A stretch of DNA of 64,000 bases from a virus: positions 1 to 64,000 of IMG/VR virus record IMGVR_UViG_3300040801_003999. One strand, written 5' to 3'. The translations under genes were made by a program, and so were the position numbers. Below the pieces are notes generated by a model, which was not told the DNA's origin, ran no database searches, and saw only the letters and a list, made by a program, of their open reading frames with translations. Shown piece by piece: positions 29,925 through 37,832 of the stretch. How positions within the stretch are numbered: position 1 is the first letter of the stretch; each line of letters starts with the position of its first letter.

Positions 29925-32299
29925 TATGAAATGTCCTCCAAATCGACATATTCATCGCTGTTCTTGGCGATACCTTCCAGTTCACAAAACCAGAAGCCCT
30001 TGTATTTGTGTGTGCCGCCCATCAAATGATGGTCGACCGTGATACAAACACCCTCGCGAATATGTGTGCTGTCCAGTTTCGACGATCCCTGCGAATACTG
30101 CTCAACAAGTTCGAGGAGCGAGTCTTCATCCCCGTCATAGACCAGTGTATCATAGTGAGGGACATGGCGCAAGCCTAATTCGTTACATCGAGCCATAACC
30201 TTTGGCCAACTAAGATCGACAGAATCGCCATCTTCATTTGTTTGTGTAATTCTGTACACATAAATATCGTATGGCACAGCTTGGCCGCGATCTGTTCCAT
30301 ATTTATAGACCATTTCATCGCCATATTTTTTCTTTAACTGTTTGTCCGTCACTTTGTGTGGGGCCATGATTGGTGTCTTCTTGTCAGTGAAACCAACAAT
30401 CTCGTAATAGAGCGTCTCTCCTTTCTTCAAACGTAGGCGATCATGGATTTCAAATCGAAATCCCATACCAGAATAGTAACCTTGATCGACCGACTGATCA
30501 GGATCATAGGTTACTCGTCGAGAACCAGAGACTTTTCGCCATTCTCTCTTCGGCTTAAAAACTTCTTTACGGAAGAAGTTGTTGATTGCTCGTTTGATTG
30601 CTGGGAGGTCGTCTTCTACTTGGACGTATCCCGTCCTACCGGAATTGTGTACTAGAATTCCATCAGCGAAAAAATTACTCGTTTCTGTTGTTAGATCATA
30701 TTTTGTCGGTCCTACGTAGGCCTCCGATGCCCTTTTTCGATGAACCGATAGAACCTCTTGAGTCATGGTAATAGGTCTCATAGAATGGACTTCAGAAACA
30801 TTCCAAGTCGAGGCCGCTCGATATCTTTCAGGTAACTTATACTTCATATGGTCACACACATATGGAGCAATAAGAACGAAAAAACGATCTGCGTCATCTG
30901 CGTTCAATCTAATACGAGAATACCCGTTGTTGTCTTCGTAATAAACAGACTCAATCCCGAATTTTCGAAAGCCCTCCTGAAGAACTTTACAATCCTCCTC
31001 AGAAAAATTACACAAAGCGAAATTTGCTCGGTCTTCCTGACTCTCGTGTGTCGCAAGTGAACCATCATCCATGTACAAAAATGCCATAGAAATCGGACCC
31101 AACTCTTTGGCAACCCACGGCGGGATAATCTTTTTAGAATCTTCCGGATAAAAATCCGAAAATCTGTTAAAAATATGATAAGACGAAAGCGTACTCCGAG
31201 CAATCATTGTAGTGCCATAGCCGCTAGTTCTTTCATTTCGCGTTGATGATGAAAGGTCCCCTAGGCATTTTGCAGTATAGTCAACATATTTTTCATCCTT
31301 TTTTCTGTGAGCATATTGAATCGAGGCGGAATCATAATCATAGCGATGCAGATACCCATCACCCAGCAATTTTCCAAGCATCACCTGCTCTTGGTAATAA
31401 GTCGGTCCTCGATCAAATTTTTCGACAAGAACTTTAGTGCCGGGTTTGAGATTCTGCGCTTCAGAATATTCATTTATCTCAGGACACCAGACTAAATGTT
31501 CTGGTGTTGTGTAGATAGACCCAAAATGGCTTCCGGACAAGCCCTTTCGAGAAAATTTGATCTTAACCCAATCCCCTTCATTTTGACCATGATTCCATGT
31601 CTTGGTCACTTGTGAAGGTTGAAGAGTGAAACTTTCTATATCATAACCAAGAACATAATCTCCCTCCTTAACTTGTGTAATTCTTTTCTTAGATCCGTCC
31701 ATCATCGTGATCATGGAGTTCGATGATAAACACGTTCCATGTAATTTCTCCGTAATATGCAACACAGCCCCTTTAGGGATTGCTGATGCAGTATAGCGGA
31801 GCTTCGGGGTGTCGAAGTGCTTCTTAAACATTGGAATTTCTTTTTTCTTTTTCTTTTGTCCCTGCTTTTGGGCTCGCTCCATTGCTCGCTTGGTTGCCTC
31901 GGAGACATACTTGCGACACACTTCTTTGCCGTTCAGGGCATCGAACTCATCGCCCGCCTCCAGTGTCGACAGATCGACACCAGTCCATCTCAGATACGTC
32001 AGAGGAACCCAAAAGCCTTCTGACTTCTGTCCTCGGAATGGTTGCGCCCGAACTCGACGATTCTCTTCGAAGTATCCGCCCATAGACTCGCCAGTCTTCG
32101 GGTCTTTGCGATATAGGTTATTGGCCATGCACATTTCATGCGACAGCTGGCCGTCGCACGGAAAATACACTCCAAGCTGGCCTGATTCAGTCTCTAAGCC
32201 AACAACGACCTGATAGCCTGATGCAACACCAAGCTGAACCCGGTCCGCATTTGGGTGAGGTCGTGTAGAAATGTGACATACTTTTGCTTTATAGCTCAT
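29924..32299 (-). CDS. ATP-dependent RNA ligase (N-terminal OB/tRNA-binding-like domain plus nucleotidyltransferase), interrupted by an intein
   Basis: Motif I ITEKLHGT followed by C...HN|S. The extein is about 428 aa. The N-terminus (HPNADRVQLGVASGYQVVVG...) resembles the OB domain of DRB0094/Rnl5-type ligases. Confidence 0.65.
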   Translation of the reverse strand: MSYKAKVCHISTRPHPNADRVQLGVASGYQVVVGLETESGQLGVYFPCDGQLSHEMCMANNLYRKDPKTGESMGGYFEENRRVRAQPFRGQKSEGFWVPLTYLRWTGVDLSTLEAGDEFDALNGKEVCRKYVSEATKRAMERAQKQGQKKKKKEIPMFKKHFDTPKLRYTASAIPKGAVLHITEKLHGTCLSSNSMITMMDGSKKRITQVKEGDYVLGYDIESFTLQPSQVTKTWNHGQNEGDWVKIKFSRKGLSGSHFGSIYTTPEHLVWCPEINEYSEAQNLKPGTKVLVEKFDRGPTYYQEQVMLGKLLGDGYLHRYDYDSASIQYAHRKKDEKYVDYTAKCLGDLSSSTRNERTSGYGTTMIARSTLSSYHIFNRFSDFYPEDSKKIIPPWVAKELGPISMAFLYMDDGSLATHESQEDRANFALCNFSEEDCKVLQEGFRKFGIESVYYEDNNGYSRIRLNADDADRFFVLIAPYVCDHMKYKLPERYRAASTWNVSEVHSMRPITMTQEVLSVHRKRASEAYVGPTKYDLTTETSNFFADGILVHNSGRTGYVQVEDDLPAIKRAINNFFRKEVFKPKREWRKVSGSRRVTYDPDQSVDQGYYSGMGFRFEIHDRLRLKKGETLYYEIVGFTDKKTPIMAPHKVTDKQLKKKYGDEMVYKYGTDRGQAVPYDIYVYRITQTNEDGDSVDLSWPKVMARCNELGLRHVPHYDTLVYDGDEDSLLELVEQYSQGSSKLDSTHIREGVCITVDHHLMGGTHKYKGFWFCELEGIAKNSDEYVDLEDIS
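30644..31732 (-). mobile_element. intein with LAGLIDADG homing endonuclease (aa 190-552 of the ligase ORF)
   Basis: Starts CLSSNSMITMMDG and ends GILVHN, with +1 Ser. Motifs LGKLLGDGYL and AFLYMDDGSL. Inserted directly after the KxHG lysine motif. Confidence 0.75.
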
Positions 32300-32308
32300 T
32301 TTATCCTC

Positions 32309-32337
32309 CAGCTCATCCCCGCGTATGCGGGGAACAA
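32309..32337 (-). repeat. solitary CRISPR type I-E-like repeat unit
   Basis: Minus strand TTGTTCCCCGCATACGCGGGGATGAGCTG, compared with the E. coli I-E repeat GAGTTCCCCGCGCCAGCGGGGATAAACCG. Single copy, 9 nt upstream of the ligase ATG. Confidence 0.5.
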
Positions 32338-32453
32338 GGTCGTTGTGCTCGCCTTTTCAGACACGTCTTAGAGATTGGTCGAAAACAAACTAAAGACAAC
32401 AAAAAAACAAATCTTAATAAATTTTTTCATTTTTCTCCAATGTTATAACTCAC

Positions 32454-32714
32454 TTATTTCTTTCCTTTCGCTTCGACAGAGAACTCTTCGAGAGGTGGTT
32501 TGGCTGCATCAACATCAGCACTGACCTGCTCCGCATCAGATTCGTCCTGATAGGTGTCGTGTGTACCGGCGGCACCAACGACGCCGACGACGCCGGCGGC
32601 ACCTGTGGCTGCTCCACACATAACACACATTCCCGTTGGCAAAATAATACCAACAAGAAATAGTGCTGCCAAAATTCCGATAGTAACCTTAAAACCTTTA
32701 GCTGTGTCTGACAC
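32454..32714 (-). CDS. small membrane protein
   Basis: 86 aa. TM segments ILAALFLVGIILP and GAATGAAGVVGVVGAAG. GTG start after AAAGGA. Confidence 0.55.
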   Translation of the reverse strand: MSDTAKGFKVTIGILAALFLVGIILPTGMCVMCGAATGAAGVVGVVGAAGTHDTYQDESDAEQVSADVDAAKPPLEEFSVEAKGKK

Positions 32715-32815
32715 TTTTGATCCTTTTTCTAAGCGTTAAAATTATTTGTGACATGCTTTTGCTTTCGTTGTTTAAGTACCCTCGGTGGGATTCGAACCCA
32801 CACTGAACGGATTTT

Positions 32816-33505
32816 CGTCACACTACAGTTTTCACTGCCAACTTTCGCTGTTTGTGCGCTGGACTTTCTCTTCACCTTACCTGTTGGCTTAGGTGCGATC
32901 CGTAAAGTCTCTACACTTGCCCGATAACTATTCGTTATCTGCTAGCTCGGGATTGCCATCACCATTACGCGTTAAGGTTTCCCCGACTTGGGATCGTCCA
33001 CTTATAGGGTTTCCCTTATAAGGCTCATCTTTAATAGTCATATACGATTTTTTAATTTTACTTACAGAAAGGCGCTTCATTCGTTCATTTTGGACTTCTG
33101 CGCCGTATTTACCAGCGCATGTCCTAGAACAAAAAGGGCCAGCCTTTCCTTGTTTGCGATTCCCGGCCGCTTTATACAACTTCGAACCTTTAAGTTCAAA
33201 GCTGTCTGAACACAGCGGACACTCAAATCTTTGGGTTTTTAATCTTTTAACGTCCAAGGAGACGTGCTCTTTTCTAGAAAGAACTTGAAGATTCGCAAAA
33301 TCATTATTTGTAAAATCGCCGTCAATATGATCAACTGTTTCATCATCTTCAAGATACCTGCCAAGTTCGCACTCAACAAGGTATTTCGGGTAAGAAACGG
33401 TTTTTCTACTCTTGTCAGGATAGACGATTATCACATGCTTTCGCCCGTCCTGTCTTTCGTAGGGACCATATATCTTGCACTTATCGTAAATTTCTACCTC
33501 TGTTA
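32816..33505 (-). mobile_element. group I-like intron in the anticodon loop
   Basis: 690 nt. Follows U34 and ends in G before A35. Several GAAA-capped hairpins (CTACGAAAGAC, GGGCGAAAGC, CAGCGAAAGTTG). Carries an HNH ORF. Confidence 0.55.
32928..33434 (-). CDS. HNH homing endonuclease (intron-encoded)
   Basis: VDHIDGDFTNNDFANLQVLSRKEH HNH motif. C-terminal CPLC...CSRTC zinc cluster. GTG start. Confidence 0.8.
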   Translation of the reverse strand: MIIVYPDKSRKTVSYPKYLVECELGRYLEDDETVDHIDGDFTNNDFANLQVLSRKEHVSLDVKRLKTQRFECPLCSDSFELKGSKLYKAAGNRKQGKAGPFCSRTCAGKYGAEVQNERMKRLSVSKIKKSYMTIKDEPYKGNPISGRSQVGETLTRNGDGNPELADNE

Positions 33506-33628
33506 AAGTCCGCTGCCTCTGCCAGTTGGGCTACGAGGGCATACCTTTTTACTTACAGTGATGCGGGATTATTTACCATATCGACCGCCTCGTCCAGATG
33601 AACAACCCCATCAGATTTAATAGATTTC

Positions 33629-33826
33629 TTAAGAACTGCAATCATTTAAATACTCCGCATAAGTTTTGCCGAGAGCCGCCTTTTCGATGTGTGCTCGTCG
33701 TCTAGTTCTGTACTCTTCTTGAGTATAACGCCAAGTCGGGTCTTTGTCAACAGGAAAAACTCGAATTAGTTTGGCGATGGGCTTCGTGAATTCCTCGCAA
33801 TCTTTTTTGAACTGTTCGTTATTCAT
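33629..33826 (-). CDS. hypothetical protein
   Basis: 65-aa co-oriented ORF. Its ATG overlaps the stop of 33826..33924. Confidence 0.55.
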   Translation of the reverse strand: MNNEQFKKDCEEFTKPIAKLIRVFPVDKDPTWRYTQEEYRTRRRAHIEKAALGKTYAEYLNDCSS

Positions 33827-33924
33827 CAGCCGCCCATAAGCGCTGCGAGGCTCGTGATTACGATAGCAATCATTGACATAAGAATAACAATAACCATCAA
33901 TATACCAAAAATACGCTCATTCAT
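33826..33924 (-). CDS. tiny hydrophobic peptide (32 aa)
   Basis: AAGGAGTCAAGC-ATG, MNERIFGILMVIVILMSMIAIVITSLAALMGG. Below the track cutoff. Confidence 0.4.
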   Translation of the reverse strand: MNERIFGILMVIVILMSMIAIVITSLAALMGG

Positions 33925-33951
33925 GCTTGACTCCTTGTTTCCTCAGTGAAC

Positions 33952-34809
33952 TCAACAAGCTCTTGTCTCATGCATCCATCCGACTACTTTAACTTCATGC
34001 CAATAGAAATTCCTCTCGGGATTATGTCTGTCTCTTAAGCGAGCAAGAAATGTCCCTTTTTCGGGATCCATCCTGTACTTGCAGGCATAACAGTATTCCC
34101 CCTCTTTAATGTCGCCATTATCTCGAAGAGCTTTCACAATCAACTTTCGATTGTTTCGTCTGTAAAAATTCTTCGAGCGGCGAAGATGCACCTGTTCACG
34201 AATACGGCCTGATCTAGTCGAACAAGGCTCTCCCGGCTTTGCGTTGCAGTGTGTACACAAAATGGTCGTGGGTGAGTAATCACGAACTTTCTTTAACTCT
34301 TCGACGGCCTTGACTATTCCATGTGTCCCGACGCCTTCGCGAACATGATCGAGTTCTTCGATCATCACAGTGGCGTCACCACACTCATCAATCTTTATCA
34401 CCTCACCGACATATTCAGAACCACGAGACGAGACCACAACGAGATCTCCTATACTCACGCGGTTCTTAAAAGAGTCCGGCCGGAACGACCACCATTGCTT
34501 TGTAGCTTTCCCGACAACCCTTCGCGGAATCCAAGAGATCGCATCCAAATTATCCACATCATAAGATGAGAGGTCATACCAACCCATTTCTTGCTCAAGA
34601 CTCTTCGCAATCTCATAACCCCTTTCGCCCCAAAGGACAAGGTCTGTGACGAAATCAGATTCCTCCCTCGAAATATCCGGGTAGCGATTTTGAAGATAAT
34701 TGAAAACCTCGTCGGAGATCTCCGACTGTAAATCATTTTTAGTTGGTCGAGGACAAGATTCCCCAGACCATCTCTCCGTACCCTCTATTTCCAACTGCGT
34801 GCTGTTCAT
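33952..34809 (-). CDS. hypothetical protein with C-terminal zinc-finger-like motif
   Basis: 285 aa. CTHCNAKPGEPCSTRSGRIREQVHLRR (C..C.A.PG.PC...H..R pattern). Confidence 0.65.
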   Translation of the reverse strand: MNSTQLEIEGTERWSGESCPRPTKNDLQSEISDEVFNYLQNRYPDISREESDFVTDLVLWGERGYEIAKSLEQEMGWYDLSSYDVDNLDAISWIPRRVVGKATKQWWSFRPDSFKNRVSIGDLVVVSSRGSEYVGEVIKIDECGDATVMIEELDHVREGVGTHGIVKAVEELKKVRDYSPTTILCTHCNAKPGEPCSTRSGRIREQVHLRRSKNFYRRNNRKLIVKALRDNGDIKEGEYCYACKYRMDPEKGTFLARLRDRHNPERNFYWHEVKVVGWMHETRAC

Positions 34810-35108
34810 TTGAATTCCTTTTGGCCATTATCAGAATAAATCGTGTCTTTAAACCAGTCTTTCCAGTAGAGAATACTGTCTTCAGTCAAACCATATTCTC
34901 GCAAATGCTTTTCAAGCTCGACCTTAAGATCTGCGTCGCGCTTCTCAAGCATATGGATGATTCCGACTACGACGCCCTCTTCGAAAGCATTGAGAATTCT
35001 ATCATTACAGTAAGTCATTTTTCTTCCTCCAAAAAGCGGATGGCATATCTTCGACATCGTGATAGAAAATTTTGTAGCGTCACATTTATTAGCCTCCACC
35101 GGGTCCAT
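34806..35108 (-). CDS. hypothetical protein
   Basis: 100-aa co-oriented ORF with 4-nt overlaps to its neighbours. Confidence 0.6.
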   Translation of the reverse strand: MDPVEANKCDATKFSITMSKICHPLFGGRKMTYCNDRILNAFEEGVVVGIIHMLEKRDADLKVELEKHLREYGLTEDSILYWKDWFKDTIYSDNGQKEFK

Positions 35109-35382
35109 AAAGCAAAATTTCCTTTAAATCAACTGCTTTAATCTTTCCTTTGGGAAATGCTGCGTAAATCTCTTTCAAAAGAGAAATAATTGTCTCAATA
35201 TCCTCCCCAATAGTAAGCCAGTCTCTCAGCTCTGATTCGTACCCCTCCATGTCAGGAAGTCTGAATAATTTCGAATATTCTTGTCGAAAGATCTGTTCGG
35301 CGCGTTCGGCGATTTCCCATGCCTCTATTTCAGGGTTTTCCGCGAAAGTTTTTCTAATTGCGTCATCGAGTTCTTTAGTCAC
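35089..35382 (-). CDS. hypothetical protein
   Basis: 97-aa co-oriented ORF. Confidence 0.6.
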   Translation of the reverse strand: MTKELDDAIRKTFAENPEIEAWEIAERAEQIFRQEYSKLFRLPDMEGYESELRDWLTIGEDIETIISLLKEIYAAFPKGKIKAVDLKEILLYGPGGG

Positions 35383-36086
35383 TTGCAGACCTCCAAAATC
35401 TCATCTGCTGATTTACTGCCCATACCCTTAATTTTCAGAAGCTTCGACTTCTTCTTGGGTACTTCTGATTGTAACACATATCCTTCTCTTGTCAAGGCAT
35501 TTTTCGCTCGATTCGACAAAGGAAGGTCGATAATTCTCATATCAGAAGTAGTCGGGTCACAACTGGGGGAGTTTAAGAATTCAATAATAGACTCTGCTGA
35601 TTTCTTGCCCATGCCCTCCAGCTTCAGGAGTTTAGCCATGCTGCTCGGAATGTCGGCCACAAACTCGATACCATTTCGGAGCAGGGCATTGCGAGCGCGA
35701 TTGCTGATAGAATCAATAGTGGAAACCGGCTGCGTCAAGACAGTGTTTTCGGTCTTGCCCACAGTCTTCTTGCTGATAAAGACGGCATCCTCATCGCCAA
35801 GCTTTATTTTTTCCCCTTGTTTGACGATTCTATCGTGCATCTGCGCCAAGAAGTCATTGTCCTTGATGTAAGCATAATAGTCTTGCAAAGCAAAGAAAAT
35901 CGTCTCTTGAACAGTATCGGTCTTGGAGGTATACTTGCGCGGGGTGTTGCCTGCTTGGAGCTTTACTTTGACACTATCATCATATTCGCGATAGACTTCA
36001 ATAAAGTCTTTGCCATTCCCGCAGTAATACTTATGACCGCTTTCATAAAATTCAATCATTATATCCTCTTGCTTAATCTCCATCAC
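35379..36086 (-). CDS. protein with two RNA polymerase alpha-subunit CTD-like (HhH) domains
   Basis: STIDSISNRARNALLRNGIEFVADIPSSMAKLLKLEGMGKKSAESIIEFL and IIDLPLSNRAKNALTREGYVLQSEVPKKKSKLLKIKGMGSKSADEILEV, compared with RpoA [22 protein letters not shown]...LLKTPNLGKKSLTEIKDVL. Confidence 0.65.
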   Translation of the reverse strand: MMEIKQEDIMIEFYESGHKYYCGNGKDFIEVYREYDDSVKVKLQAGNTPRKYTSKTDTVQETIFFALQDYYAYIKDNDFLAQMHDRIVKQGEKIKLGDEDAVFISKKTVGKTENTVLTQPVSTIDSISNRARNALLRNGIEFVADIPSSMAKLLKLEGMGKKSAESIIEFLNSPSCDPTTSDMRIIDLPLSNRAKNALTREGYVLQSEVPKKKSKLLKIKGMGSKSADEILEVCK

Positions 36087-36829
36087 CTTTCGGAATATTT
36101 CGGTGTATCGACCTGCACCACTTCCTTTTCAGGCCACCGCAAAGCAGTTAGCCTATCGCCAAAAACAGCACCACTGTCCACGCAACATGTGTTACTGGTC
36201 ATGTACGGCAGTGGTCCACAGGCGATATGTCCGTAAACAACATAAGGGCTTTGGAGAGTGTAATCAACCGCCCAATCAAGGCGTTCGGGGTAGCCCTCCT
36301 GAGTCTTTCGACCAGTTGTTTTGCCATACAAACATCGAGACTTTCTCGCCTTGGTCGAAAGCCACCGCTTCTCTCCAGCATAATCTGCTTCGAATGGCGG
36401 GGCGGCATGGCATATTAGAAGCCGGTCCGAATCCAGAAACTTCCAGAAGGGAAGTTCGAAGATAAAATCTCTCAAACTATGAGCGAACTTGGTTGGAACA
36501 GGTTGAAACTCTTCGACAGTTGCTTTGAGACCATGACCAACCTTGACAGGATTGCCATTTATCCACCTTGCCAATTTGTTATCATGGTTGCCCTGAACCG
36601 CATGTGCCAAATTCTCTTTGACGTGCTTCGCAACAAACACAAGACAATTGAGATTCTTCGGACCGCGATCGGTAAAATCGCCGACAAAAGCCATCTTGCG
36701 ACCTTCAGGATGCCTCCACAGACCATCATCACCGGGCGAATAGTCAAGCTTTCTCAACAAGTCTAGTAATTCGTCATAGCAACCATGGAGATCTCCGATA
36801 ACATCGTATTTTCTATGAGGATTCGACAT
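36083..36829 (-). CDS. PPP-family metallophosphatase (lambda phosphatase / PrpA / ApaH-like)
   Basis: DVIGDLHGCYDEL, FVGDFTDRGP and GNHD motifs. Start moved to MSNPHRKY after GAGAGAGAA. Confidence 0.75.
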   Translation of the reverse strand: MSNPHRKYDVIGDLHGCYDELLDLLRKLDYSPGDDGLWRHPEGRKMAFVGDFTDRGPKNLNCLVFVAKHVKENLAHAVQGNHDNKLARWINGNPVKVGHGLKATVEEFQPVPTKFAHSLRDFIFELPFWKFLDSDRLLICHAAPPFEADYAGEKRWLSTKARKSRCLYGKTTGRKTQEGYPERLDWAVDYTLQSPYVVYGHIACGPLPYMTSNTCCVDSGAVFGDRLTALRWPEKEVVQVDTPKYSER

Positions 36830-37235
36830 TTCTCTCTCTAATTTTAGATTCGACTTCGATTGAGGTATATCGACCACCTTGCTCGACGTCATTACAAATA
36901 TCACACTCTGTCCAGAAATTCAAGAGCATAATGTAACCCTTGCCTGCGCACTGTCGGCAGGTTTCTCGGCCGAGCAAGACCGCAGTCAAAGCGTTATATC
37001 TGGACTTGTCCATGTAGAGCCAGTCTTTCAAGGCGACGTCGAGGATGTCAGAATAAAATCTATGGTCGACTCTCTTGAGTAATGGCACAGATATGTTATA
37101 ATATTTTGCCAACTCAGTATAAACAGTCCAGCGGACAACAGCAGATTCGTCTACTTTCTGCACAAGAAGGTATACCCTTCTATTCTCATCTGCTTCGAGA
37201 CGACATCGATACTCCAAACCGGGCGCATTTTTCAT
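36813..37235 (-). CDS. hypothetical protein with CxxCxGxG...CxxC zinc motif
   Basis: 140 aa. CRQCAGKGYIMLLNFWTECDIC. Confidence 0.6.
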   Translation of the reverse strand: MKNAPGLEYRCRLEADENRRVYLLVQKVDESAVVRWTVYTELAKYYNISVPLLKRVDHRFYSDILDVALKDWLYMDKSRYNALTAVLLGRETCRQCAGKGYIMLLNFWTECDICNDVEQGGRYTSIEVESKIRERNVESS

Positions 37236-37244
37236 CTATGGGCC

Positions 37245-37832
37245 TCACGTGAAAATTTCTCTAATTAAATTCTTAACCTTGGGCCAAAACACGTGGACAT
37301 AATAATACTCGGCTCGGAGCTTGATGTCAAGCGCTTCGCCAAAATATTTTACACGGCGGTAATATGAATAAGCTCTCTTTTTTTGTTTATACCATCGATA
37401 ACCAAGATGGTATGACATGATTGCTTTCTTCCAATTCTTAACTCGCTTATAATGATAATTTAGAATTACGGCAGCAGAGTAAAGATTAACATAAGGATTC
37501 ATCAAATCATGACAGCCTGCCAAGTAAACACCGTTCTCTCTTAAAAATGGCAACCAAGAAAACCTTCTGCCATCAGTAGAGCACCTAATCTGCATCAAAC
37601 TGAAGGCATAGCCCGCATCCCCGACAACATCATGACGTCCGTTGCTTTCATTATATGCGATGCCTGCCAAAATCCAAAGAGGAATCCGATGTTCTTCGGC
37701 GATTTCTTTGATTGAATCAACATGCCTCGCCATCCTTTTTATACCAATATCATCCAATCTCGTTCGGTATGCCTGAACTTGAACGGGCAAGTTAATAAGC
37801 AAAACAACAACAAACAAAAAAGAATATTTCAC
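37245..37832 (-). CDS. lytic transglycosylase (SLT domain) with signal peptide
   Basis: MKYSFLFVVVLLINLPVQVQA signal. GIAYNESNG ... FSLMQI catalytic region. Confidence 0.7.
   Translation of the reverse strand: MKYSFLFVVVLLINLPVQVQAYRTRLDDIGIKRMARHVDSIKEIAEEHRIPLWILAGIAYNESNGRHDVVGDAGYAFSLMQIRCSTDGRRFSWLPFLRENGVYLAGCHDLMNPYVNLYSAAVILNYHYKRVKNWKKAIMSYHLGYRWYKQKKRAYSYYRRVKYFGEALDIKLRAEYYYVHVFWPKVKNLIREIFT

Larger units (their letters stand above)
32777..33540 (-). tRNA. intron-containing tRNA, anticodon UAA (Leu by anticodon; class I shape)
   Basis: 5' exon 33540..33506 and 3' exon 32815..32777 join into a 74-nt cloverleaf. Acceptor GCCCTCG/CGAGGGT, anticodon loop CTT|AAAA, GTGGG-TTCGAAT-CCCAC. 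Confidence 0.65.

Noticed and set aside
29384-30029. Plus-strand and alternate-frame ORFs 29384..29734, 29410..29670, 29445..30029 and 29731..29985.
   Set aside because: They are open only because the islet is GC-rich. The peptides are low-complexity (P/R/A/S) and there are no start signals. The two MSD... minus-strand genes are coupled to their neighbours.
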